In this document: positions 1-10,369 of the stretch, piece by piece | How positions within the stretch are numbered: the first letter of the stretch is position 1 | How the letters are laid out: each line of letters opens with the position of its first letter | From: Paramoeba atlantica | Lineage: Eukaryota; Protista; Discosea | Assembly: GCA_977017575.1 (NCBI GenBank) | Contig: CDRNVI010000062.1 | Coordinates: forward strand, 62,001 to 126,000 | Length of the DNA stretch: 64,000 bases | Direction: 5' to 3' | The notes under the pieces: generated by a model | Databases searched by the model: none | Told to the model about the DNA's origin: nothing | What the model saw: the letters and a program-made list of their open reading frames with translations, nothing else | Program-made: the position numbers and the translations under genes

Positions 1-529
1 ACTAGGCGGTTCTCTATCGCAGAAACCAGGTCGTTGCGTTTTTCTTTTACGCTATGTATAAAACTAGAAATCAGAAAAAAGTGGTTCTGTGTAAGTCTGT
101 GTGAATTCGTGTAGGTCCGTGTAGGTTCGTGTAGGTTTTTTTTGAACCCCAACCTAGCCCATCTGCAGACTCTCCATTATCATTTATCAAGATAAATAGG
201 AACCGAAAACAGCATTCGGGCGAAAATACCCGATTTCTAGGCGAAAAAGTCAACTTTTTACCCCAGATTTTGGCCATTTTCAGCATTCGAATTGAAAAGT
301 TTGTGACTTCGCTGTTCTAGAGAACAAAATATGTAGCTACAAGGGAAAAATTATTAGCGAAAAATTATTTAGCGATAATAATTTTTGGCTTGGGTGTAGC
401 TTGAAACAATTCAATGCTGACGCGCGCGACCCCTTCCCTCACAGCCTTCATCTCTGCTTCAATCTTCCCTTGCACGTTTCTGTCCAAAGTTCTGCAGGAG
501 TCAATGTTTATCGAACATCCAAGGAGGTA

Positions 530-1430
530 CTGTGCCCCCCCACTTATTTGTCGTAGTCCCACCCCCCCACTTAATTGTCCTTTTTGACGAGACTGAGCAG
601 AAGCTGCGCCGGATTTTTTTTTTGGGGGCGGGCAATTTTTCCCTACGAACCTCATACATACAGTGTATCAGAACCCGACGTCTGAAGTAGTATTGTTTGT
701 ATTTATAAACTGTCTACTTCAAGTTTTTCATATCACAATACGCTATACCTAGCTACATTTTTTTTCTTTGAAACTTAGTCCACCTCTTCCACAGAGTTTT
801 GACGCGTCTGTGGCAGTATAAAGAGTTAGTCCTGTTGTGCGCGGTTCGCTGGCTTGGTTCCAGGTTCGGTCTATGGCCAATCGGAAAATATCTGATTTTC
901 CAGTGTTCCATTGCAAGAGAAGTACGCTAGATAATCTTGAATTCCAATTATGGGCATGCGCCTGACTTGTACATTCGGAGAGGAGTTCCATAGCATAATC
1001 AACTTCATACAGCGGTTTGCGTACGATTCTGAGCATCCAAAGGAGCCGTGCAATTCAGCTTACTGCCGTACGAACAGTAAAGTCATCATAAGTAGACTTT
1101 GGTGTCACCCACGATGAGACCGTTTCACTACGAACTCGCCAAAAAAGAATGTGCTTCTTCCATTCGTATTCCCAAAAAATTGGCCTTCAGACTTTCGCAG
1201 AATGGTTTTGGTTCTTTCCAGTACGCCTGTAAAATTTTGGAATCCTCCCTGCGAACAACCGTTCCCTACCACCACCACTCCCTTCTTCCCTCACTGCGAA
1301 CAGTCATTTCCCACCACCATCCCGGTCGTCTCGCCCATGCCGCCTTGATGCTTGGGTTACAATATGGCCTCCTGCCCCACGAGTCGGTGCTCTATCAAAC
1401 CCCATACCTTATAGCGGTTTGACAAAAGAA

Positions 1431-1464
<34 letters not shown>

Positions 1465-1651
1465 TAAACTTTACTAGTACGGGAAAGGTAGAAAAACTAC
1501 TCATACGATAAAGATACCGTTTCTGTAAAGCCAATTTTATCCGAACGCTTTGGAGATTCCTTTGTTTCATCTAACCAAATAAATTGACCCCCCCACTTAA
1601 TTGTCCTTTTTTTGAAAAAGTGGTAACAAATAAGTAGGGGGGGGGGCACAG
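530..1651. mobile_element. TA-flanked TIR element (Tc1/mariner-type non-autonomous) with unrelated internal sequence
   Basis: TA|CTGTGCCCCCCCACTTATTTGT at 528 and its reverse complement ending 1653; internal CCCCCCACTTAATTGTCCTTTTT repeats near both ends. Confidence 0.65.
1431..1464 (+). repeat. (ACT)n microsatellite, about 11 units
   Basis: direct reading. Confidence 0.95.
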
Positions 1652-1979
1652 TACGTGAAAGCCAAAACGTATGGTGGTGAAAGTGTAGTGAGTATAGTGA
1701 CTCACTACACATGTAATGAGGTCAATACAAGTCACCTCCAGGGTATGTAAATAGGGGGGTTGTAATAAAGAATTGTAAAAATGTAAAACGTTTAGTCCTC
1801 AGTGAAAAGTGTGAAGAGCGCGAAATGTGCAATAATTCTGAAACCTTTCCCCTTCTACTAGTGCTGTGGTTATCCAAGAAAACAAAAGAAAATGGACAAA
1901 AAAAGAAAGGATGTTACTTTAAAAAAAGAAAATTATAAACGGGAGGGGAAGTGCAACTTTGTAGATGATAGCACATGCA

Positions 1980-2750
1980 TTAGGTACTCGTGCGCAGACT
2001 GCTATACTTTATCGTTATCTTCGTGGCCTGAATATTACAGGATAGGGACGAAGATGGTTTAAGCAGCTCCCCCGAAAGCTCAAGATTGTTGTGCAAATGC
2101 AACACCGTCAGCCAATGTGGAAGCAGGGCCAGATTCACCCACCCGGATAAGTGATTATCGGAGAGGTAAAGTTCTTCCAGAAAGCACGGAAGGAAACGTA
2201 GCTCAGGAGCCCCAGAAAATTTGTTGAGTCCGAGGTTCAGTACTACCATCCGTGAGGGTAGTTTAGAAAACGACAGCTCACCTGAGAAACGATTGTTTCG
2301 AAGGGTTAGAATCCGCAAGTTTGGAGGAAGAGAAGAAAACTGCGGTGTCCCAGAAAATCGATTATTCGTCAGATCGAGTTCCTCTAAATTAGTGGGTAGT
2401 TTCTCGCACACAAGCTCACCTTGTAAGTGATTGTGAGAGACAACAAACTTGCGGGTCGAGTGCGGAAGTCCAGACCACTCAAGAGTTCCGGATAGCGAAC
2501 TGGTGGGTATATTATATTCACTCCACTGAAAAGAGGTAACGTCTTTTTGCGCATTGCACCGCACACCGTGCCAATCACAAGCTTTTGTTGCGGTTGTCCA
2601 AGATTCGTGCCTTTTTGTTATATTTTGGACCAGTCGTGTGAGATGGTATTCCTGGGGCAATGCAATCCCTCGAGTCTTACCGAGGCGGGCGGGTGTGTAA
2701 TTGCTTTCGTCTGACATGAAAAAGTAATTCGTACCAAATGAAAGAGACAA
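1980..2750 (-). CDS. Leucine-rich repeat protein (LRRNT cap + LPxxL repeats)
   Basis: LPQEYHL..W..ACDWHGVRC cap followed by LxLxxNxFSG repeats; homologous to five other copies in window. Confidence 0.9.
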   Translation of the reverse strand: MSLSFGTNYFFMSDESNYTPARLGKTRGIALPQEYHLTRLVQNITKRHESWTTATKACDWHGVRCNAQKDVTSFQWSEYNIPTSSLSGTLEWSGLPHSTRKFVVSHNHLQGELVCEKLPTNLEELDLTNNRFSGTPQFSSLPPNLRILTLRNNRFSGELSFSKLPSRMVVLNLGLNKFSGAPELRFLPCFLEELYLSDNHLSGWVNLALLPHWLTVLHLHNNLELSGELLKPSSSLSCNIQATKITIKYSSLRTST

Positions 2751-3281
2751 ATGAGGGAACCCGAGCTAATGACGTGGAGACAAAAGAGAAAAAGGCGTGT
2801 TCAAGAGACTTGTGCTAAAGGGACACAGAGAAAACCAGATTCATACAGGGGTTTCAGTTGATCTTGCCCCCCTGAGAAAATTTCGTTTTTTTGTCCTTTT
2901 TAAACCACAGAACAGTTTAACGATCCGGGGGAGGATAGTGAGGTGAAGAGAATCAGAAGGAGTCATTATTTCCGTACACTTTTTATCATAAACAATGAAA
3001 TGATCTAAGTTCCTAAAACTAGACTCGCCGTGCCATCCTGTGCCATTTCGTGCCATCCGCAGAGAGAGTAAATTTGCAGGCTTCATTACCGGTTGCAAAT
3101 TATAAAATATTCATTACTGGTATTATTTCTCCGATGGTATTTTCATCGGCTCAAAAAAGGTGCACAACTTCAACCATTCAGCCACCACCGGTCGTATTTC
3201 GCCCTAATGAGTCCTTGAACAGACTTAAAATTAGTTCCCGCGTCCAAGTATGACCGTTAAAGTCTACGCCAATGGACACAA

Positions 3282-3992
3282 TTACGGAATTACTTTCCTC
3301 ACAAGGTCCATTACATTTCCTTCCGGAACTTCAAATGCTTTCTCCTTGAATGCACTGTCTTTAATGTACAGAGACGGGTTACTGCCCAAACCCAGACGAC
3401 TCATTACTTTGGGGAGAGAACTCAAGCTCACATGACCACAAAACTGATTGTTATTTAGAAAAAGTGAATTCATTGCGGAGGGAAGGTTAGTTAGATCCAA
3501 CGGCCCACTGAATCGATTTCTTGCTAAGTTAAGCCAAGAAAGGGTTTGAGGTAACTTAGTGAGACAGATCTCTCCGGAAAAATTGTTGCAACGCAAGACC
3601 ATATAGGCTATAGTATCTGGAAGCGCAGTGAAATCAGCTTTGCTATGAAAAAAATTACCATCCATGTAGAGATGAAGAAGTTTAGGTGGCAGGTCTGTAA
3701 AAGGCACCTTACCTTCAAGTCTATTGACATTGAGAATAAAAGTATTCAGAGTATGAGGAAGAAATTCCCACTGAAGAGTCCCTGAAAGGAGGAATTGATA
3801 CCACTTGATTTCAATAACACGGCCTTCCTCATCGCATGAGATTCCACTCCACTTACAAGCTGGAATCTCCGTACCCCATGAGGGCTGATAACGGTTCACG
3901 ATGACGTTTTCAATGAGATGCACAAGTTGATATTCTGGAGGCGGCAAATTCCCTCGCACCTTCGCAGCCTTCAGTGGAATGCTCGTGTTCAT
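3282..3992 (-). CDS. Leucine-rich repeat protein
   Basis: LPPPEYQL..ACKWSGISC cap and LxLxxNxFSG repeats. Confidence 0.9.
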   Translation of the reverse strand: MNTSIPLKAAKVRGNLPPPEYQLVHLIENVIVNRYQPSWGTEIPACKWSGISCDEEGRVIEIKWYQFLLSGTLQWEFLPHTLNTFILNVNRLEGKVPFTDLPPKLLHLYMDGNFFHSKADFTALPDTIAYMVLRCNNFSGEICLTKLPQTLSWLNLARNRFSGPLDLTNLPSAMNSLFLNNNQFCGHVSLSSLPKVMSRLGLGSNPSLYIKDSAFKEKAFEVPEGNVMDLVRKVIP

Positions 3993-4369
3993 TCTTTCTT
4001 GAATACGTGGTTGTAGAAAATAAGGTGAAACTTTGATATTAATGTAAAGGATGAAGGAATAGCTACAGGAATGTTATCGATTCAAGATTCTCTTGGGTAA
4101 GACGTACAATCCGGCGACGCAACGTGTTGGTAACTGCACGTTGGTGCCGCCTTGGACAAACGGAAAATGGTAGAGGACATCGGTCTCCGAACCTCCAAAT
4201 CTGTCTGTGAAAGGTCTGGATTGTCCGTGACTTAAGAATTGTTTAGGGGGGATATTAAAAAATACGTGGGACATCATAACACCCCCCTCCCAGAATGTTA
4301 TCAGGCTACAGGAATGTGAAACCAGACCATGTTGTGTACAAATGTACAACATTTCTCTTACATTTTTAT

Positions 4370-5445
4370 TCAGGGTTCGCAGAAACTATAATATAGTAAA
4401 ATATAGTTTTTTTCATTGAATATAGTTACTATATAGTACTATATTTACTATATTTTACTATAAAACTATAAGAAAACTATAAAGTTTTTTTCACTTTACA
4501 AGTGATATTTTTTGAGTCCTCTCCGCTTGTGAAGGACATACACACGCCTCTACATGCGTTCTTACACGCTTACATACGTATGATATGACAAGAAATTCTG
4601 AAAAAAATGTAACCCAAGCTAAAGTGGACGAGGGAGGTTCTAAAAGCACCTTTAAACCACCATAAAAATGGAAGGGTATGTCCCTTAAAGATTCTTTTGG
4701 CACGTCGGAATCCTTTACAAACCGGGAGATATCATTCTATTTTTGTGGTGGTTTAAAGGTGCTTTTAGAACCTCCCTCGTCCACTTTATCCTGGGTTACA
4801 TAGCTATCGAAACATGCTCCCTCTTCCCCGCGATTCCATCACCGCCGAAAAATATCATCAACTTGTGTGTCATCTCCTCGGAAATAGCAATGAAACGCAT
4901 GCGAAAGGAATGACGATAGGAAGTACAAACTCTCCACTCGACAACACACCGCGTAATTTATTCAGACTCATATGATTGTATTTATTCAAACTCATAGAAT
5001 TGTGAGCAGCAGTTATTCAGTCCCAAGACATAACGTCGGTGGCTCCAGCCAACGCGCGGCGACAGCGATGCAGTGAGAAGATGTTCGGGACGCAAGATTC
5101 GCACAAGGCAATCTGTCAAGGCCACGCGATGGGACTGGGGTACGTCCCCTCCTGACACAAGTTACATTCAACCGCTTGTTTACTTCCCTCCGTGTGCAGC
5201 AGTTCAATAAAATAATCTTTGCAGAAACTACCCCTCGTAACTTTAATTTCGGGCATCAATTTTCGGGTTTAAAAATAAGAAAAATCGTACACAAATGAAT
5301 TCGCCGTGTATTTATGGCGTGTTGGTGAGCTTCGGAGTGCCTAAAATGTGAAACAAAAAAATATAGTTTTTTATAGTTTTCGAAAAAAGTTTATAGTAAC
5401 TATATAGTACTATATTGATAGTTTTATAGTTTCTGCGAACCCTGG
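4370..5445. mobile_element. hAT-like non-autonomous element with 8-bp TSD
   Basis: TIR (T/C)CAGGGTTCGCAGAAACTATA at both ends; ATTTTTAT duplicated at 4362-4369 and 5446-5453; TATAGT subterminal repeats. Confidence 0.8.
4608..4800. mobile_element. Foldback MITE (about 57-bp TIR starting TGTAACCCA) nested in the hAT-like element
   Basis: near-perfect inverted repeat 4608-4665 vs 4745-4800; same terminus recurs near 32016. Confidence 0.7.
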
Positions 5446-6154
5446 ATTTTTATATATAGTATTTGAAAAATTATAATACTATATAGTACTATAATTATAG
5501 ATTTTGTAGATTTTCAGACCCCTGCAATTTTCCGGACTCTTAAGTGGGGCGGGGGTCGTACAGCCGAACGATAGAAGCAGCGTGTGAAATAATTGGAATC
5601 CCCAAGCTGACATGTAAAAATGTCGCCCAAAATAAAATCACTTGGTCTGATGCAAAAGAGAGCTATAGGGTGGATGAGAGAGGACAAACAAGAAAGAAGA
5701 AAAAGGGGAGTAGGCATTCAAAATGATGAAACAATATTGCATCCTCCTTCTCTGAAGGCGCGCGGAGGACTGGTTGCCCCTCTCGTAGGGACTGCTGGTA
5801 AGTGTGTGACCTAGCCACGCTGCGTCTCCGACTCCCGTCCTCGGTGAAGCGCCAGCCGTGAATTGCTACGGCAGGCTCGCCCACCGGTCCGTAAGGACCG
5901 GGCGTACGCATCGGAGTTACATCCGAGCCGTCGGGCCCCTCACGTGGACGGTAGAGGGCCCATAGCCTGTCAAGGCCAAAAGGGTGCAAGAATCATCATC
6001 ATAACTAGCTTGGAAATATAAAAACGCAACTAAACGCAATGGGCAGACAACTAAAAAAATCAAAAAGAAACAAGAATGTTCACCCGCTTCAGGAACTCAC
6101 AAATCTCGCTAATCATCTTCTTGCTGGCAAGGCACCCGTCGAAGTACAGACATA

Positions 6155-6917
6155 CAGTAGTGTTCAGCCTCTTTTACCCCCCCCCCCCCTACAGGTCTTG
6201 CATTTTGTTCGATTTTGGAAATATTTTGTATGGGACTGTTTTTCGACCCAATCGTTCCGAATCCGAGGTCCTTTTCACTCGTGGACACCTGTATCATACC
6301 TAAGCCGAAAAAAAACTGCAAAAGCCGATTTTTTTCAGAGTACATTTTTTTCAAAATTGGTACACTTGTTGGTGATTCATGACGGAGAAGCACCAGCTCC
6401 TGTGCTTACCTTCCACGAGGCAGGAGTCTCGTGTGCCCCGAGATGCGCACGGCACTCGCGATCGATTGAGAGCGACTTAAGTCCTATAAGACACTCGAAA
6501 AATTTCATAAACTTAGCCCCGGGTCCATTATTGAAACTTTTCGCTTTTTTTCTGAAGATTAACCGGAAACGTTTAAGAATGCCTTCCGGGACTATAGTAA
6601 ACGTTTTCTTTTGGTCAAGGAGACTAAAGTGCATACAAGTGTATGACTAAATACTAGAGATTACTTTGCACTCCTTTTCCACGTCTTCTGACCTACTTTA
6701 CTACTGTTCCTCATCCGAAACATTCAAAAAAATAAACCCAAAAAAATTGTAATTAGCTTTTTTCACCCCTACCTGGCTAGGGGGGAGGGAGGTCGAGTGA
6801 AAAGGACCTCGGATTCGGAACGATTAGGTCGAAAAACGGTGGTATACCAAATATTTCCGAAATCGGACAAAATACAAGACCTGTAGGGGGGGGGGTAAAA
6901 GACGCTGAACACCACTG
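6155..6917. mobile_element. Tc1/mariner-type MITE with about 130-bp TIRs
   Basis: TA|CAGT(A/G)GTGTTCAGC termini; 6155-6282 is the inverse of 6793-6917. Confidence 0.8.
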
Positions 6918-7056
6918 TATTTCGCAGGTGCGCGACTATGCGCGCTCAAGAAGGGGGAAAACGACGTTCTCCCTATCGCAGCGGGGGAGACTATTCGTCG
7001 TTTAGTGAGCAAGGCCGCGTGCCGTAGTGTCCGAATGAAAGCAGGGAAATATTTTA

Positions 7057-8187
7057 GGCTCTTCGTTAAACGCGGTGGTTGTTTTCAACTTAGAAGTCAC
7101 TCATGCTGCGCGATTCGCGTTGAAAACTACCACCGCGTTTAACGAAGAGCCTAAAAAAGAAAATTTAGCCTGGAAAACGGAAAGATTATAGCCAAAAATA
7201 GCCGAATTTCGGGTAAAATTGGGGTGATTTTCGCGCATTTTGCCCTCAGAGCACTAAATCCGACATTTGCGCGTGGGAAATCACTCGTAGGCATGAATGG
7301 AAGACTACCAAACGTATTGGGTAGAGAATGCGACTCCAACCATACCATTCTTTCGACACAAAAATGCCCCTTTAGGTCCGAAAAATACTTTTTCACCTTT
7401 TTTAGTTAAAAATGGGTCATTTTGAGGGGCGCACCACGGTTCGAAGAAGTGATACCTTGCGAAAACAACTGCGGAGAAAGCTAGTGTAGGTCCCAAACTA
7501 TCAAAATACAATAGGGGAAACGATTTTGGAAAAATATTTTTTTTGCCATTTTTTTCGCCAAGTTGAAATTTTTTTCAATTTTTTTTTCCGAAAAAATCCG
7601 AACTTGGCGGACCCGTCCTGCGGATACGCGGGGGGGTCACCCCCGGGTATGGGGGTGGAAAATGCGCGCCAAGACCCCGGCTACCCTTTCTGCGGTTTTG
7701 TTTTCGAAAACTAATTTTTTCGAAGAAATTTGCTCGACCATGACGCCCTCCCTGGACCCCCCAGTTTTTTCAATTTTTTCAGTTTTGGACCACCGGAGCC
7801 CCCTTTTATATTTTTTTCTTCTATTATAAATTATTTATTACTGTGTTCCCCTTTATATTTTCACTGTTTTTGTTCACGTTTTTTTCAATAATCGAGTGTA
7901 GAGCGGTAGTTTTACAACCACCACAATAATCAAGTGTAGAGCGGTAGTTTTACAACCACCGCAATCCAGGGGGGGGTCCAGGGATTTAGTGCTCTGAGAG
8001 CAAAAATACGCGAAAATCACCCCATTTTTACCCGAAATTCGGCTGTTTTTGGCTATAATCTTTCCGTTTTCCAGGCTAAATTTTCTTTTTTAGGCTCTTC
8101 GTTAAACGCGGTGGTAGTTTTCAACTCGAAGAGCGCAGCATGAGTGACTTCTAAGTTGAAAACAACCACCGCGTTTAACGAAGATCC
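7057..8187. mobile_element. Composite foldback element: about 205-bp TIRs, each beginning with a 95-bp palindromic unit
   Basis: 7057-7260 is the inverse of 7982-8187; units 7057-7151 and 8093-8187 are themselves hairpins, TA-flanked. Confidence 0.8.
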
Positions 8188-8443
8188 TAAAAATTATAAT
8201 AATTAATTAATTTACTCACGAGTGCGTTGATTTGCTGCCCAGTCAATCCCACAACTCTGCCTTCCCCGCCGGCTCAACCACTCTCACCACCCGAACCACC
8301 GAAACCCTTCCAACTTCTCCAACCACCCCACTGAGCCAAATATCTCTTACTGGGCGTCAGCCCAAAAAGGGCCAAAATTTTCTTATTGGGGTGCCTCTTA
8401 CTGGGAGGGGATAAACGGGAGAAGAGTTCCTGCTTGCGTCAAA

Positions 8444-8827
8444 CATAGTAGCAGAATTATTAATAATTTTGACCTCTAATAATAAATTATAATTAATAAT
8501 TATTAATAATTATTAAGAATTATTATACACTAATTTTTGTCACTTTTTTGTCAATGCCGAAAGCCTCGGGCAGCGATATTCTAATGGAATGGTGGTTCGT
8601 TAGAAGTCCTGACGACTCGACGTACTGGCTTTGTCTGAAATGTCCCAAGCAAAATGAGAAATACCGCTGAAAAACCTGCTTGTGAGAAGGCCGTCCTCGC
8701 GGTCGTCCCTGTCACTGCAATATTTCGGGCCCGTCATCAAATCTTAATAATTCTTAATAATTTGTCTCCTCCTAATAATAGAAATTATTAATAATTATTA
8801 ACGTAATAATTATTAACTTCTACTATG
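8444..8827. mobile_element. hAT-like MITE (CATAG termini) with 8-bp TSD
   Basis: TIR CATAGTAG; GCGTCAAA duplicated at 8436-8443 and 8828-8835; internal WWFVRSPDDSTYWLCLKCPK resembles a BED-finger relic. Confidence 0.85.
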
Positions 8828-9086
8828 GCGTCAAACCCCATTTAGATAGTAGGAACTTTGTACTTCTCATAAAAAAAAGTTTCTTTTTTTTGAAAACTCG
8901 ATATTTCGTTTTGTTTTTGAACATTTTAGTTTCTCTATGGAAGAAAATAATAGCGGGAACGTGTAGAACGCGAAATTCTACACGAAGATGTGCTATGTAT
9001 ACCCCTATCCCCCCCTCCGCAAAGATTTCAGCCTATGGTCACTTAATCGTGACGGGGGGTTTATTTCCGCCCCCGGGTTACTAAGC

Positions 9087-9689
9087 TCAATTCTGAATCC
9101 AATCAGCCGGAAAGTCCCACCAAGCAGTTTTCGGTTCAATGTCTTTCGGAATCCATCCTAGGAGATTTGTATTTCCCATTATGTCAAATTCAGTAATCTT
9201 TGAATCTTTCAGGTATGAAAGATCAACAAAGCCAGTAAACCGATTTTGTGAGATGTTCAGAATTCGCATGGTAGGTGGCAGGTCCTCAAGGTGCAGCTCA
9301 CCAGTAAACCTGTTGCACTGGAGCCACATTTTTTCAAGTCCAGGGGGAAGCGACGCGAAATTTATGCACCCGCTCAATTCATTGCTGCTCAGGTCCATTT
9401 TTTTTACAGAGCGTGGTATAGAATCCCAATGCAAAGTACCAGACAATTCTCGCGCATGCCAAGCAATGCGGATGACTTCACCCTCCTCTCTACACATCAC
9501 ACCATCCCACTCACATGCGGGTGTAGCCGTACTCCATGACATGTATAAACCTTGAACATTACTAATAAACTTTGTGAGTTCATATTCCGGAGGGAGAGAC
9601 ATGCCCCTGACCTTACCTGTACGTGTTGTGGTGCTCTGCGGAGGATCTGTGGCTTTGCAAATGGAGTGTACCAGAAAACCACGATTCAT
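9087..9689 (-). CDS. Leucine-rich repeat protein
   Basis: GKVRGMSLPPEYEL..ACEWDGVMC cap plus LRR units. Confidence 0.9.
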   Translation of the reverse strand: MNRGFLVHSICKATDPPQSTTTRTGKVRGMSLPPEYELTKFISNVQGLYMSWSTATPACEWDGVMCREEGEVIRIAWHARELSGTLHWDSIPRSVKKMDLSSNELSGCINFASLPPGLEKMWLQCNRFTGELHLEDLPPTMRILNISQNRFTGFVDLSYLKDSKITEFDIMGNTNLLGWIPKDIEPKTAWWDFPADWIQN

Positions 9690-10369
9690 ATTGAAAATAA
9701 TAACAAGGATGCTTATTTAGAGAACTAGAATTTTTTAAACAGGAGATGTAGTCTTAACCAAACACAAGAAAACCATCCAAGGTATAGGTATGTTAACCGG
9801 GAATGTGGTTTTTGGGGGGCGTGTCTGCTGTGGTGAAGAAACTTAGAGAATGAGCCATGAGCAAGGAAGAACGCAGGAGTAGGAAAAGGGTAGAATGGGA
9901 AGAAATGAAAAAAGGATTAAAAAAAGTCGCTGACTATGTTTTTATAGGTACTACCCTTTATAGGTATGCAAGAATACATCTGAGAATAGAAAAGTAGTGC
10001 TTTCCGTTGCACAATACGCGTCGTACGTATCGTTATCTTTGATGGGATTAGCACTTTACTAATAAAGTGATAAAAGGTAGAAAAAAAGGTAAACACACGC
10101 ACATAAACAAGAATTGGAAGTGAGAGAGAACATGAAAAAGAGAAAATGAATCAGACAGAAAACAAAATTATGAGTGAAATAGTAAAGTATGAAAAACATT
10201 TTAACAAGTCGGGCAAGAAAATAATGCGCGATGCAAAGCAAAAATCCTTAAAAAATATCGCAAAAACTAAAAAATAAACGAACGATAAACACATGCAGTT
10301 CCCAAAAACACGCACCCTTTCATTTCCCCCCTTTTTCTGATTTCATTCCCCACACACCTTCCCCCTTTT

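Noticed and set aside
6039-6650. 203-aa ORF
   Set aside because: Runs through a MITE TIR and has no recognisable motif
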